Assembly: GCF_001598795.1 (NCBI RefSeq)
Contig: NZ_BCZP01000015.1
Location: 60,001-92,000 of the forward strand
Reading direction: 5' to 3'
DNA length: 32,000 nucleotides
Origin: Delftia acidovorans NBRC 14950
GTDB taxonomy: Bacteria; Pseudomonadota; Gammaproteobacteria; Burkholderiales; Burkholderiaceae_C
The notes under the pieces were generated by a model, which was not told the DNA's origin, ran no database searches, and saw only the letters and a program-made list of their open reading frames with translations. This document shows positions 1 to 9,087 of the stretch, piece after piece (the first letter of the stretch is position 1; each line of letters starts with the position of its first letter). The translations under genes and the position numbers were made by a program.

Positions 1-1032
1 GCCCTGCAGGGCGAGCTGCTGGACACGCGGGCGCTGGCCGGCGTGGTCAGCTATGAGCCCAGCGAGCTGGTCGTGACCGTGCGCGCCGGCACGCCGCTGG
101 CCGAGGTCGAGGCCCTGCTCGCGGCACAGGGCCAGTGCCTGGCCTTCGAGCCTCCGCATTTCGATGGAGACAGCCGCAACGCCACCGTGGGCGGCATGGT
201 GGCCAGCGGCCTGTCCGGGCCTTCGCGTGCCAGCGTGGGCGCCGTGCGTGACTTCGTGCTGGGGCTGGAGATGATCAACGGCCAGGGCGAGCTGCTGCGC
301 TACGGCGGGCAGGTCATGAAGAACGTGGCGGGCTACGACGTCTCGCGGCTGATGGCGGGCTCCTGGGGCGCGCTGGGCCTGATCACCGAGGTCAGCCTCA
401 AGGTGCTGCCCGTGGCGCCGGCCGAGGCCACGCTGCGCTTCGAATGCACTCAGCAGCAGGCGCTGGACTGGCTCAATGCCTGGGGCGGGCAGCCGCTGCC
501 GCTCAATGCCAGTTGCTGGCTGCAGGAGGAGGGCGCAGCCCAGGGCGTGCTGTACCTGCGCCTGCGCGGCGCACGTGCCGCCGTGCAGGCGGCCTGCGAG
601 CGCCTGGGTGGCGAGCGTGTGCAGCGCATGGACCCTGTGCATGTCGCTGCCGACTGGCAGGCCTGCCGCGAGCAGCAGCTGCCCTGGTTCACCGCACGCG
701 CGCCGGGCCATGCGCTGTGGCGCCTGTCCGTGCCGCAGACGGCTCCGGTACTGGCGCTGCCGGACGGCTGCACGGGGCCGCTGATCGAATGGCACGGCGC
801 ACTGCGCTGGGTACAGGCGCCGCGTGCGCTGGGCCATGCGCTGCGCGCGCTGGCAAAAGCAGCGGGCGGATCGGCCACCTTGTTCCGCTCCGAGGCCGCA
901 GACCAGCCCGGCGCCGAGCCCGATTTCGACGCCCAGGCGGCCGACGCCACGGCCGCGCTGCATGCGCGGCTCAAGCAGGCCTTCGATCCTGCGGGCATCT
1001 TCAACCGCGGCCGGCTGGCCGCCGCCTGGTAG
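1..1032 (+). CDS. glcE: Glycolate oxidase FAD-binding subunit GlcE (5' end outside window)
   Basis: Frame 1 is open from base 1 (ALQGELLDTRALAGVVSYEPSELVVTVRAGTPL...), so the listed GTG at 43 is internal. The sequence is typical of the GlcE FAD-binding PCMH-type subunit (GGMVASGLSGP, NVAGYDVSRLMAGSWGALG), and glcF lies downstream. Confidence 0.85.
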   Translation, partial: ALQGELLDTRALAGVVSYEPSELVVTVRAGTPLAEVEALLAAQGQCLAFEPPHFDGDSRNATVGGMVASGLSGPSRASVGAVRDFVLGLEMINGQGELLRYGGQVMKNVAGYDVSRLMAGSWGALGLITEVSLKVLPVAPAEATLRFECTQQQALDWLNAWGGQPLPLNASCWLQEEGAAQGVLYLRLRGARAAVQAACERLGGERVQRMDPVHVAADWQACREQQLPWFTARAPGHALWRLSVPQTAPVLALPDGCTGPLIEWHGALRWVQAPRALGHALRALAKAAGGSATLFRSEAADQPGAEPDFDAQAADATAALHARLKQAFDPAGIFNRGRLAAAW

Positions 1033-1057
1033 GCCGGGCCAACGCCTGGCTCCGCCC

Positions 1058-1840
1058 ATGCGCATGCGCCACCACCTGCACCTGCTCACGGACCGGCACC
1101 GCACGGTGGCCAGCAACCGCACGCTGGGCCTGCTGCTGGCCTTCAACGCGGGTGCGGTGAATGCGGGCGGCTTTTTGCTGGTGCACTCCTATACCTCGCA
1201 CATGACGGGCTTTGTCTCGCTGCTGGCCGACAACCTCGTGCTGGGCAATACGGCGCTGGTGCTCAGTGCCTGCGGCGCGCTGCTGGCCTTTCTGTGCGGC
1301 GCGGCCGCGACATCGCTGCTGGTCAACTGGGCGCGCCACCACCGGCTGCGCAGCAGCTATGCGCTGCCGCTGCTGCTGGAAGCCGCGCTGATGCTGCTCT
1401 TCGGCGTGCTGGGCGCGGCCATGCTGGCCTGGCCCACGCCGTTCGCCGTGCCGCTGGCCGTGCTGCTGCTGTCCTTCATCATGGGGTTGCAGAACGCCAC
1501 GGTGACCAAGATGTCGTCCTCGCAGATCCGCACTACACACATGACGGGCGTGATAACGGACCTGGGCATGGAGCTGGGTCGAGCCCTCTACTGGAATCGC
1601 CACGGCAGCCCGCCCGAGCACAGGGTCCACGCCAACCATGTGCGGCTGCGGCTGTTCGCAGGGCTGCTGTCCATGTTCCTGCTGGGCGGCATTGCGGGTG
1701 CGCTGGGTTTCCGGCACCTGGGCTTTGTGTTCGTCGTGCCGCTGGCCGTGGTGCTGTGCCTGCTGTCCCTGCCGCCGCTGTGGGCCGACCGTGCGCGGCT
1801 GCCCCTGCTGCTGGGCCGGCGGGCCGCGCCTCGCGCGTGA
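1058..1840 (+). CDS. DUF1275 (YoaK-like) integral membrane protein
   Basis: In-frame ATG at 1058 inside the 824..1840 ORF. Product MRMRHHLHLLTDRHRTVASNRTLGLLLAFNAGAVNAGGFLLVHSYTSHMTG... carries the DUF1275 signature (AGxVNAxGF, SHMTG, and a repeated THMTGVITD) and several TM helices. High GC3. Confidence 0.75.
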   Translation: MRMRHHLHLLTDRHRTVASNRTLGLLLAFNAGAVNAGGFLLVHSYTSHMTGFVSLLADNLVLGNTALVLSACGALLAFLCGAAATSLLVNWARHHRLRSSYALPLLLEAALMLLFGVLGAAMLAWPTPFAVPLAVLLLSFIMGLQNATVTKMSSSQIRTTHMTGVITDLGMELGRALYWNRHGSPPEHRVHANHVRLRLFAGLLSMFLLGGIAGALGFRHLGFVFVVPLAVVLCLLSLPPLWADRARLPLLLGRRAAPRA

Positions 1841-1901
1841 CCGCCGCGTCCGGCTGCCGTGCCTGACCGTTCCCCGATACCCATACAACAAGAGCCCCAC
1901 C

Positions 1902-3152
1902 ATGCAGACCCAACTCGCACCCCAGTACCGCGCCACGCCCGAGGGCCAGGAGGCCGAAGCCATTCTGCGCAAGTGCGTGCACTGCGGCTTTTGCACGGCC
2001 ACCTGCCCGACCTACCAATTGCTGGGCGACGAGCTGGACGGGCCGCGTGGCCGCATCTACCTGATCAAGCAGGTGCTGGAGGGCGAGACGCCCACGCGCG
2101 CCACCCAGCAGCATCTGGACCGCTGCCTGACCTGCCGCAACTGCGAAAGTACCTGCCCCAGCGGCGTGCAGTACGGCCACCTGGTGGACATAGGCCGCAA
2201 GATCGTCGAGGAACAGGTGCCGCGCCCCTTCGGCGAGCGCGCCAGGCGCTGGGCGCTCAAGGAGGGGCTGAACTCGCCGCTGTTCGCCCCGGCCCTGAAG
2301 CTGGGCCAGGCCGTGCGCGGCCTGCTGCCCGAAGTCCTGGCCGAGAAAGTGCCCCAGCCCCAGGATGCCGGCGCCTGGCCCGTGCGCGAGCATGTGCGCA
2401 AGGTGCTGCTGCTGGCCGGATGCGTGCAGCCGGCCATGATGCCGCGCATCAACTTCGCCACCGCGCGCGTGCTGGATGCGGCCGGCATACAGACCGTGAT
2501 CGCGCCCAAGGCCGGTTGCTGCGGCGCCGTGAAATTCCACCTCAACGACCAGGAAGGCGGCAAGGCGCAGATGCGCGCCAATATCGACGCCTGGTGGCCG
2601 CAGGTGGACAGCGGCGCGGTGGAGGCCATTGTCATGAATGCCTCGGGCTGCGGCGTCACCGTCAAGGAATACGGCCATCTGCTCAAGGACGATGCGCAGT
2701 ACGCGGACAAGGCAGCCCGCATCAGCGCCCTCACGCGCGACCTGAGTGAGCTGTTGCCCGAACTCCTGCCCGAGCTTGCCGAGCGCCTGCAGGGCAGGGT
2801 GCGCGCACCGGCCGCGCCCATGGCCTACCACCCGCCCTGCACGCTGCAGCATGGGCAAAAGCTGCGCGGCGGCGTGGAAACCCATCTGGCCAGGCTGGGC
2901 TTCGAGCTGCGCGTGGCGCGCACCGAATCGCACCTGTGCTGCGGCTCGGCGGGAACCTACTCGGTGCTGCAGCCCGAACTCTCGCACCAGTTGCGCGACC
3001 GCAAGATCGGTGCGCTGACCGAAGGCTTCGATGCCCGGCGGCCCGCCGCCATCCTCTCGGCCAACATGGGCTGCATCGTCCACCTGCAAAACGGCACGGA
3101 CCTGCCCGTGCGCCACTGGATAGAGGTGCTGGACGAGGCCCTGCTGGCCTGA
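1902..3152 (+). CDS. glcF: Glycolate oxidase iron-sulfur subunit GlcF
   Basis: ATG at 1902 gives MQTQLAPQYRATPEGQEAEAILRKCVHCGFCTATCPTYQLLGDELDGPRGRIYLIK plus a second CxxCxxCP cluster (CLTCRNCESTCP) and C-terminal CCG domains (HLCCGSAGTYS). Confidence 0.9.
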   Translation: MQTQLAPQYRATPEGQEAEAILRKCVHCGFCTATCPTYQLLGDELDGPRGRIYLIKQVLEGETPTRATQQHLDRCLTCRNCESTCPSGVQYGHLVDIGRKIVEEQVPRPFGERARRWALKEGLNSPLFAPALKLGQAVRGLLPEVLAEKVPQPQDAGAWPVREHVRKVLLLAGCVQPAMMPRINFATARVLDAAGIQTVIAPKAGCCGAVKFHLNDQEGGKAQMRANIDAWWPQVDSGAVEAIVMNASGCGVTVKEYGHLLKDDAQYADKAARISALTRDLSELLPELLPELAERLQGRVRAPAAPMAYHPPCTLQHGQKLRGGVETHLARLGFELRVARTESHLCCGSAGTYSVLQPELSHQLRDRKIGALTEGFDARRPAAILSANMGCIVHLQNGTDLPVRHWIEVLDEALLA

Positions 3153-3278
3153 GACCCACCGCGTACCGACTGCGCATCTGTGCCTCCAGCGCGACGCCGT
3201 GGGGCCTATGCCCGCGCAAGCCTTTGCAATGCTGGCATGATGCGGGGTTTCGTTTTCTCCAAGCCCACGTGCTCCGCC

Positions 3279-4103
3279 ATGACTGAATCCGTGTCTGAAC
3301 CGCAAGAACAGAGCGCCGCGCTGCCGGCGGACGCCGCTGCCGGCACCGAGCCGCAGGCTGCAGCCAGCGCCGATGGCCAGGGCCGCAAGCGCTCGCGCCG
3401 TGGCGGACGTGGCCGCAACAAGGGCAAGGCCACCGAGCCTGCCGCCGATGCCGCATCCGGCACGGCCGCCAGTGCCGAGGCCAACGCTTCCAGGCCCGTG
3501 CGCACCCAGCACCCGCTGCTGGCGCAACTGGCCCAATGGCATCCGAACCTGTTTGGCGAGCAGCCGCTGCCGCTCAAGCGCGGCATCTTCGAAGACCTGC
3601 TGGCCGCCCATCCTGAAGCCATTGACCGCGACCAGCTCAAGCTGGCCCTGTCCCAGCACACGCGCTCGAGCCGCTACCTCACCGTGGTGGCCAGCGGCCA
3701 GGCCCGGCATGACCTGCAGGGCCAGTCGGTCGAGGCCATGGCGCCCGAGCATGTGCACCATGCGCTGATCGAAGTCTTCCGCCGCCGTCAGCACCGCTCG
3801 CCCGAAGACCTGGCGCCCAAGCTGCGCAACCGCATCATCGCGGCCTACGAGGCATCGGGCCTGTCGCGCGACGACTACGCGGCGCGTGTGCAGGGCCGTG
3901 ACGAGGCCACCAACACCCTGGTGGCCGAGGCACTGGCCGAGGCCGATGCGCGCACCGCACGCGACGAGGCGCTGCTGCGCGCCTTCGAGGCCAGCGGCCA
4001 GACCTCCGAAGCCGGCTTTGCCGACATGTACGGCATGAACCCGCGCCAGGTGGCGCAGCAGCTGGAACGCGCCCGCCGCCGCCTGCAGACGCAGGCGGCC
4101 TGA
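3279..4103 (+). CDS. ProQ/FinO-family RNA chaperone-like protein with basic Ala/Arg/Lys-rich N-terminus
   Basis: Core HPLLAQLAQWHPNLFGEQPLPLKRGIFEDLLAAHPEAIDRDQLKLALSQHTRSSRYL matches the ProQ/FinO domain pattern. The start is uncertain: ATG 3279 is chosen, with in-frame alternatives ATG 3237 and GTG 3180, and none has a clear SD. Confidence 0.7.
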   Translation: MTESVSEPQEQSAALPADAAAGTEPQAAASADGQGRKRSRRGGRGRNKGKATEPAADAASGTAASAEANASRPVRTQHPLLAQLAQWHPNLFGEQPLPLKRGIFEDLLAAHPEAIDRDQLKLALSQHTRSSRYLTVVASGQARHDLQGQSVEAMAPEHVHHALIEVFRRRQHRSPEDLAPKLRNRIIAAYEASGLSRDDYAARVQGRDEATNTLVAEALAEADARTARDEALLRAFEASGQTSEAGFADMYGMNPRQVAQQLERARRRLQTQAA

Positions 4104-4160
4104 GGCACAAGGACCGGCACCAAGGACCGGCACCAAGGACCGGCGCCAAAGACCGGCAGC
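4104..4160. repeat. Four tandem copies of a 13-nt unit (GGCACCAAGGACC, copies 1 and 4 degenerate) starting at the ProQ-like stop codon
   Basis: Read directly: ggcacaaggacc / ggcaccaaggacc / ggcaccaaggacc / ggcgccaaagacc. It is followed by the hairpin ccggcag-caccgc-ctgccgg (about 4152-4171). Confidence 0.85.
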
Positions 4161-4423
4161 ACCGCCTGCCGGCACACTCCACCGCCGCGTGCCCGGCAAG
4201 GGCCGCGCCGGTGCACCTGCCCTGGATCACAGGCGGCATCTCTGCAGCGGACCCTTCCGCCAGCACGCAGATGCCCACCAGGGGCGGGCCCGGGGATGAA
4301 CTGTTTCACGGACGCCGCTGCACCCGGCCACGGGGCGGCGGCGCCTTGCCGTGCGCGCTCGTTCCGGGAAATGAACACGGCGCGCAAGGCACTTCAAAGC
4401 AAAAAAGCAAAAGGAGACTTGCG

Positions 4424-4942
4424 ATGTGGCTGGGTTTGTCGTTGTTCTACGTGGGCGCCGTGCTGTGCCTGAACGGCCTGTGGATGCTGGGGCGCATCGC
4501 CGACCGGGAGATCTGGGTCATCAACGTGTTCGCGGGCCTGGTCTCGCTGATCATCGGCCTGGCCTCCGCCTTCGGGCCCGAGCCTGATGCGGCTTCGGTC
4601 AAGACCGGCGCGCTGACCCTGCTGTTCGCCTTCACCTACCTGTGGGTGGCCATCAACCGCTTCACGGGCGCCGATGGCCGGGGCCTGGGCTGGTTCAGCC
4701 TGTTCGTGGCCATCACCGCCGTGCCCGTGGCCATCGACACCCTGCTGGGCGCGCGCACCGCCATCGACTGGTGGATGGCGGCCAACTGGGCGGCCTGGGC
4801 CGTGCTGTGGGCCATGTTCTTCGTGCTGCTGGCCCTGGGCCGCAACATCGGCCGCGTGACGGGCGCCCTGTGCATTGCGCAGGGCGTGCTCACGGGCTGG
4901 CTGCCGGGCTACCTGCTGCTGGCGGGGCAGCTCACGGGCTGA
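4424..4942 (+). CDS. AmiS/UreI-family channel (putative amide/urea transporter)
   Basis: SD AAGGAG at 4411-4416, 7 nt before ATG 4424. Product is a 172-aa six-TM protein, MWLGLSLFYVGAVLCLNGLWMLGRI...LLFAFTYLWVAINRF..., typical of AmiS/UreI. Confidence 0.75.
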   Translation: MWLGLSLFYVGAVLCLNGLWMLGRIADREIWVINVFAGLVSLIIGLASAFGPEPDAASVKTGALTLLFAFTYLWVAINRFTGADGRGLGWFSLFVAITAVPVAIDTLLGARTAIDWWMAANWAAWAVLWAMFFVLLALGRNIGRVTGALCIAQGVLTGWLPGYLLLAGQLTG

Positions 4943-4969
4943 TTGCGCAGCGTGAGTACGGGCAGGGCG

Positions 4970-5869
4970 TCAAGCCCCACGCCGCCGTGCATGCGCCAGT
5001 GCAGACAGCAGCGCGGCCGCGATGATGCAGGCGCCGCCCAGCAGCGTGCGCGGCGTCAGCACCTCGCCTGCAATCAACACCGAGGAGACGCTGGCGAACA
5101 CCACCTCGGCCAGCATGACCACGGCGGTCACGCCGGCCGGCAGGCGCGCGGCGCCGAACTGCAGCGCCCAGTTGCCCAGCATCAGCAGCACGGCCAGGCC
5201 GGCGGCAATCAGCATCCAGCCAGCCTGCGGCGCAGGCATGGGCGGCACCAGCCCCACGCTGCTGCCCGCGAAGGCGCTGGCCAGCCCCATGGCCATGCAG
5301 CCGCTGAACATGGCCAGCATGCGCGCCTGCGCCGGCACGGCCTGCAGGCGGCGCAGCAGCACGTTGGTCAGCGCAAAGGTAAAGCCGCCGAACAGTGCCA
5401 GGCCGTCGGCCAGCGACAAACCGCGCAGCAGCCCGGGCGAGCCGCCGCTGAATGTGCCCTCGGGCACCAGCACCAGCGCCACCCCGCCGAAGGCCAGCAG
5501 CAGCCGCGTCAGCGCGGCCGGCGTGGGCCGCTCGCCCAGGATCTTCCAGGCCAGCAGCACTGACCACGCCGGCATCAGATAGAACAGCAGCACCACGCGC
5601 ACCACATCGCCAATGGTCACGGCCCAGTTGAAGGCGATGTTGTTGCTGCCCGCGCAGGCGCCCAGCAGGATCAGCGCCGGGTACTGCAGCGCCTGGCGCA
5701 GGCTGGCCGGGCGCAGCGCCACCAGCCCCGCCAGCACCAGGGCATACATCAGCGCCGTGGCCCACAGCGGATGCAGGCCAGCCTCGTGCATGGCGCGAAA
5801 CGGCCACCAGGCCAGACCCCAGACCAGGGTGTTGAACAGCAGGGCGAGAACGGGGAGCGGGCTATGCAT
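4970..5869 (-). CDS. EamA/DMT-family transporter
   Basis: Internal ATG at 5869 gives MHSPLPVLALLFNTLVWGLAWWPFR..., a 10-TM protein with the duplicated EamA-domain pattern. The longer 5917 start adds a non-hydrophobic extension. Confidence 0.75.
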   Translation of the reverse strand: MHSPLPVLALLFNTLVWGLAWWPFRAMHEAGLHPLWATALMYALVLAGLVALRPASLRQALQYPALILLGACAGSNNIAFNWAVTIGDVVRVVLLFYLMPAWSVLLAWKILGERPTPAALTRLLLAFGGVALVLVPEGTFSGGSPGLLRGLSLADGLALFGGFTFALTNVLLRRLQAVPAQARMLAMFSGCMAMGLASAFAGSSVGLVPPMPAPQAGWMLIAAGLAVLLMLGNWALQFGAARLPAGVTAVVMLAEVVFASVSSVLIAGEVLTPRTLLGGACIIAAALLSALAHARRRGA

Positions 5870-6031
5870 AAAACCACGAAAAAGTGCCCGGTCAGGCAAA
5901 GCCCGCACCGAACACAATACGAGAAGACCATTTAGACCAGGCCTATCAATCGATAGCGCCCTATGGAACTGGCGAGGCCCAAAGCGAGAGACACCGAGCC
6001 AGGGCCGCCCCGCCGCGAGGGTGTCGTCCCC

Positions 6032-6065
6032 CCCCCTGGGGGAAGGCGCGAAGCGCTTCAGGGGG
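6032..6065. other. GC-rich imperfect hairpin (REP-like) just 3' of lplT
   Basis: ccccctg...gaag(g)cgc-gaa-gcgcttc...caggggg read directly. No U-tract on the minus strand, so it is not a canonical intrinsic terminator. Confidence 0.4.
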
Positions 6066-6070
6066 TAGTC

Positions 6071-7372
6071 TCAATGGCAATCCTTGCGGGCAATCACCAG
6101 CAGGCGCTCGACTTCCTCGGGATGGTTGCGCACGTTGCTGACGTGCCAGCGGCCGATCAGCCACATGATGCCGGCCACCACCAGGCCGAACACCGTGATG
6201 GCGCCGAAAGCCGACAGTCCGAACTTGGTGGACAGCGCATAGAAGGCGCCCAGCGCCAGGATGCAGGCCTGCTCGTTGAAGTTCTGCACGGCAATCGAGC
6301 GGCCCGCGCCCATGAGGTTGTGGCCGCGGTGCTGCAGCAGCGCATTCATGGGCACGACCAGGAAGCCGCCCAGGCCGCCCAGCAGGATCAGGAAGGGAAT
6401 GGCCACCCACACGCTCTTGATGAAGATCATGGCGATCACCAGCAGGCCCATGGTGATGCCCAGCGGAATCACGCGCGTGGCGTTGTCCAGCCGCATGCGC
6501 ATGGACGCGAGGATGGCGCCTGCGGCCGTGCCGATGGCCACCACGCCCACCAGGGCCGATGCCTGGGAGGTGCCGTAGCCCAGAGCCGCCGCGCCCCAGG
6601 CCAGCACGATGTAGCGCAGGTTGCCCGACACGCCCCAGAACAGCGTGGTCGTGGACAGCGAGATCTGGCCCAGCTTGTCCCCCCACAGCCGCTGGCTGCA
6701 GGTCCAGAAGTCGGGCAGCAGGGCCAGGGTGTTGGCCAGCAGGCTCTTGCTGGGGTCCTGGCGCAGCGGGCGCAGGATGGTGTCGGTCAGCGGAATGCGC
6801 AGGTTGAACCAGGCGGCCAGCGCATAGACGCCGACCAGCACGGCAATCGCCGCTTCGGCGGCCGTGTCCACGCCGGTATCTATCCAGGGCAGATCGAAGT
6901 CCAGCAGATGGGCCGAGATGCCCGGGCTCAGCAACTGTCCGCCCACGAGCACGCCCAGGATGATGGAAGTGATGGTCAGCCCCTCGATCCAGCCATTGGC
7001 CTTGACCAGCTGGGAGGCGGGCAGCAATTCGGTGAGGATGCCGTACTTGGCCGGCGAGTAGGCCGCTGCGCCCAGGCCCACCACGGCGTAGGCCAGCAGC
7101 GGGTGGTTGCCGAACAGCATCATCAGGCAGCCCACGATCTTGATCGCATTGCTGATGAACATCACCCGCCCCTTGGGCAGGGCGTCGGCAAAGGCGCCGA
7201 CGAAGGGGGCCAGGATCACGTAGAACAGCGCGAACATGGGCACCAGGGCGGCGCGCTGCCACTCGGGGGCGCCATTGGTGCGCAGCAGTTCCACGGCGGT
7301 CACGAACAGGGCGTTGTCTGCCAGCGAGCTGAAGAACTGCGCTGACATGATGGTGTAGAAACCGCGCTTCAT
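6071..7372 (-). CDS. lplT: Lysophospholipid transporter LplT (MFS)
   Basis: Long stretches recall E. coli LplT: GAAAYSPAKYGILTELLP, LVKANGWIEG, GGFLVVPMNALLQHRGH, AVQNFNE. Predicted 12 TM. Confidence 0.85.
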   Translation of the reverse strand: MKRGFYTIMSAQFFSSLADNALFVTAVELLRTNGAPEWQRAALVPMFALFYVILAPFVGAFADALPKGRVMFISNAIKIVGCLMMLFGNHPLLAYAVVGLGAAAYSPAKYGILTELLPASQLVKANGWIEGLTITSIILGVLVGGQLLSPGISAHLLDFDLPWIDTGVDTAAEAAIAVLVGVYALAAWFNLRIPLTDTILRPLRQDPSKSLLANTLALLPDFWTCSQRLWGDKLGQISLSTTTLFWGVSGNLRYIVLAWGAAALGYGTSQASALVGVVAIGTAAGAILASMRMRLDNATRVIPLGITMGLLVIAMIFIKSVWVAIPFLILLGGLGGFLVVPMNALLQHRGHNLMGAGRSIAVQNFNEQACILALGAFYALSTKFGLSAFGAITVFGLVVAGIMWLIGRWHVSNVRNHPEEVERLLVIARKDCH

Positions 7373-7506
7373 GGATAGGCAGATGGGGTCAGCTGCAGGG
7401 CTGCTGACCAGTTAAATAAGGACCCCGTGGCAAGTGACTGGCGGTTATATCACGCGGCCTTTGGCTGGCAGTGCCAGAATCCCAAGCTTCTGACTGAGTG
7501 AAAACC

Positions 7507-8610
7507 ATGCCGCGTCCCATTCTTGCCACCATCCATTCCGCCGCGCTTCGCCACAACCTGGAGCGGGTGCGGCAGGCGGTCCCCGATGCCAAATTGTGGG
7601 CCGTGGTCAAAGCCAACGCCTACGGCCACGGTATCGAGAACGTGTTCGAGGCCCTGCGCGGCGCCGACGGCTTCGCCATGCTGGACCTGGCCGAGGCCGA
7701 ACGCGTGCGCCAGCTGGGCTGGCGCGGCCCCATCCTGCTGCTGGAAGGGGTCTTCGAGCCGCGCGACCTGGAGCTGTGCTCGCGCCTGTCCATCTGGCAT
7801 GCCGTGCACTGCGACGCCCAGATCGACTGGCTGGCCGCGCACAAGACGCAGAACGGCCACCGCGTCTTCCTCAAGATGAACTCCGGCATGAACCGCCTGG
7901 GCTTCACGCCCGAGCGATACCGCGCGGCCTGGGCCCGGCTGAACGCCTTGCCCCAGGTGGAGGAAATCTCGTTCATGACCCATTTCAGCGATGCCGACGC
8001 AGGGGCCGGACAGCCCGGAATCTCGGCACAGCTGCAGCGCTTTCATGACGCCACGCGCGACCTGCCCGGCGAGCGCAGCGTGGGCAACAGCGCAGCCACG
8101 CTGCGCCAGGGCGACGACGCGCTGGTGCGCTGCGACTGGGTGCGGCCGGGCATCGTGCTCTACGGCAGCGCCCCCGACTATCCGCAGCACACGGCGGCCC
8201 ACTGGGGCCTGCAGCCCACGCAGACGCTGAGCTCGCGCATCATCGGCGTGCAGCAACTGACCGAGGGGCAGAGCGTGGGCTATGGATCGCGCTTCACGGC
8301 CGACGGCCCCCTGCGCCTGGGCACCGTGGCCTGCGGCTATGCCGACGGCTATCCGCGCCACTGCGGCACGGGCACGCCCGTGCTGGTGAACGGCGTGCGC
8401 ACCCGCACCCTGGGCCGCGTGAGCATGGACATGCTGGCCGTGGACCTGACGCCCGTGCCCGATGCCGGCATGGGCAGCGAGGTCACGCTGTGGGGCCGCG
8501 CCAGCAACGGCGCGGTGCTGCCCATCGACGAGGTGGCCGAGGCCGCAGGCACGCTGGGCTATGAACTCATGTGCGCCGTCGCGCCGCGCGTGAACAAGAC
8601 CGTCGATTGA
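7507..8610 (+). CDS. alr: Alanine racemase
   Basis: MPRPILATIHSAALRHNLERVRQAVPDAKLWAVVKANAYGHG contains the PLP-lysine motif (VVKANAYGHG). Also has the C-terminal YGSRF...GYADGYPR motif. GTG 7498 is an alternative start. Confidence 0.9.
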   Translation: MPRPILATIHSAALRHNLERVRQAVPDAKLWAVVKANAYGHGIENVFEALRGADGFAMLDLAEAERVRQLGWRGPILLLEGVFEPRDLELCSRLSIWHAVHCDAQIDWLAAHKTQNGHRVFLKMNSGMNRLGFTPERYRAAWARLNALPQVEEISFMTHFSDADAGAGQPGISAQLQRFHDATRDLPGERSVGNSAATLRQGDDALVRCDWVRPGIVLYGSAPDYPQHTAAHWGLQPTQTLSSRIIGVQQLTEGQSVGYGSRFTADGPLRLGTVACGYADGYPRHCGTGTPVLVNGVRTRTLGRVSMDMLAVDLTPVPDAGMGSEVTLWGRASNGAVLPIDEVAEAAGTLGYELMCAVAPRVNKTVD

Positions 8611-9051
8611 TCAGGGCGCGGCTTCCACGCTGTCCCTGGCCCGCTCCAGCAGCGCCATCAACTGCTGTTGCGCGGCGGGCTCCCAATCCTTGAGCAGCCG
8701 GGCCGCCAGCGCCTGGCGTGACTGGCGCAGCCGGTCGAACAGGGCCTGCCCCTGGGGGCTGAGGCTCAGGCAGCGCACGCGGCGGTCGCGGGCGTCCGGT
8801 TCGCGGTCCAGCCATCCCTGCTCCTGCAGCTGCGCCAGCATGCGCGCGAGCTGGGCCTTGTCCATGTGGCTGTGGTCGACCAGATCCCTTTGCGTGCGGC
8901 CCGGGTGCCGGCCCACGTACATCAGCACGCGCACCTCGTTGGGCGTCAGCCCGGGCTCCATGGACTCCATGTCCTCGCGCATGCGCGACCGGAACAGGTG
9001 CAGCAGCTCGTGCATGGCCTCGAAGATATCGGCGGGCAGGGAGGCATTCAT
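8611..9051 (-). CDS. MarR-family transcriptional regulator
   Basis: 146 aa with a winged-HTH pattern (LTPNEVRVLMYVGRHPGRTQRDLVDHSHMDKAQLARMLAQLQEQGWLDREPDARDRRV). Its stop abuts the alr stop with zero spacer. Confidence 0.85.
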   Translation of the reverse strand: MNASLPADIFEAMHELLHLFRSRMREDMESMEPGLTPNEVRVLMYVGRHPGRTQRDLVDHSHMDKAQLARMLAQLQEQGWLDREPDARDRRVRCLSLSPQGQALFDRLRQSRQALAARLLKDWEPAAQQQLMALLERARDSVEAAP

Positions 9052-9072
9052 GGCAGGGTCTTGTAGAAATAC

Positions 9073-9087
9073 GTTGACAAAGTCAAC
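9073..9087. promoter_or_regulatory. Perfect palindrome GTTGAC-AAA-GTCAAC in the MarR/SIP divergent intergenic region (putative MarR operator overlapping a -35-like TTGACA)
   Basis: Read directly at 9073-9087. The location, 22 nt upstream of the MarR start on the opposite strand, and the dyad symmetry fit MarR dimer operators. Confidence 0.55.

Noticed and set aside
4104-4160. Possible CRISPR-like array
   Set aside because: The units are 13 nt and directly abutting with no spacers, and there are no cas genes. It is a simple tandem repeat.
1533-4199. 888-aa minus-strand ORF, and similar long antisense ORFs (5961..7262 -, 5963..7345 +, 9906..11726 -, 18925..20676 +, 24434..25954 +, 26700..28784 +, 15328..16725 -)
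   Set aside because: They run antisense to genes with clear family signatures. Their products are low-complexity and Arg/Ala/Gly/Pro-rich, and they lack SD or start context. This is the typical stop-codon depletion artefact of a ~70% GC genome.
5943-5956. Short dyad CTATC-AATC-GATAG upstream of the EamA gene as an operator
   Set aside because: The arms are only 5 bp and there is no cognate regulator adjacent. This is too weak to call.
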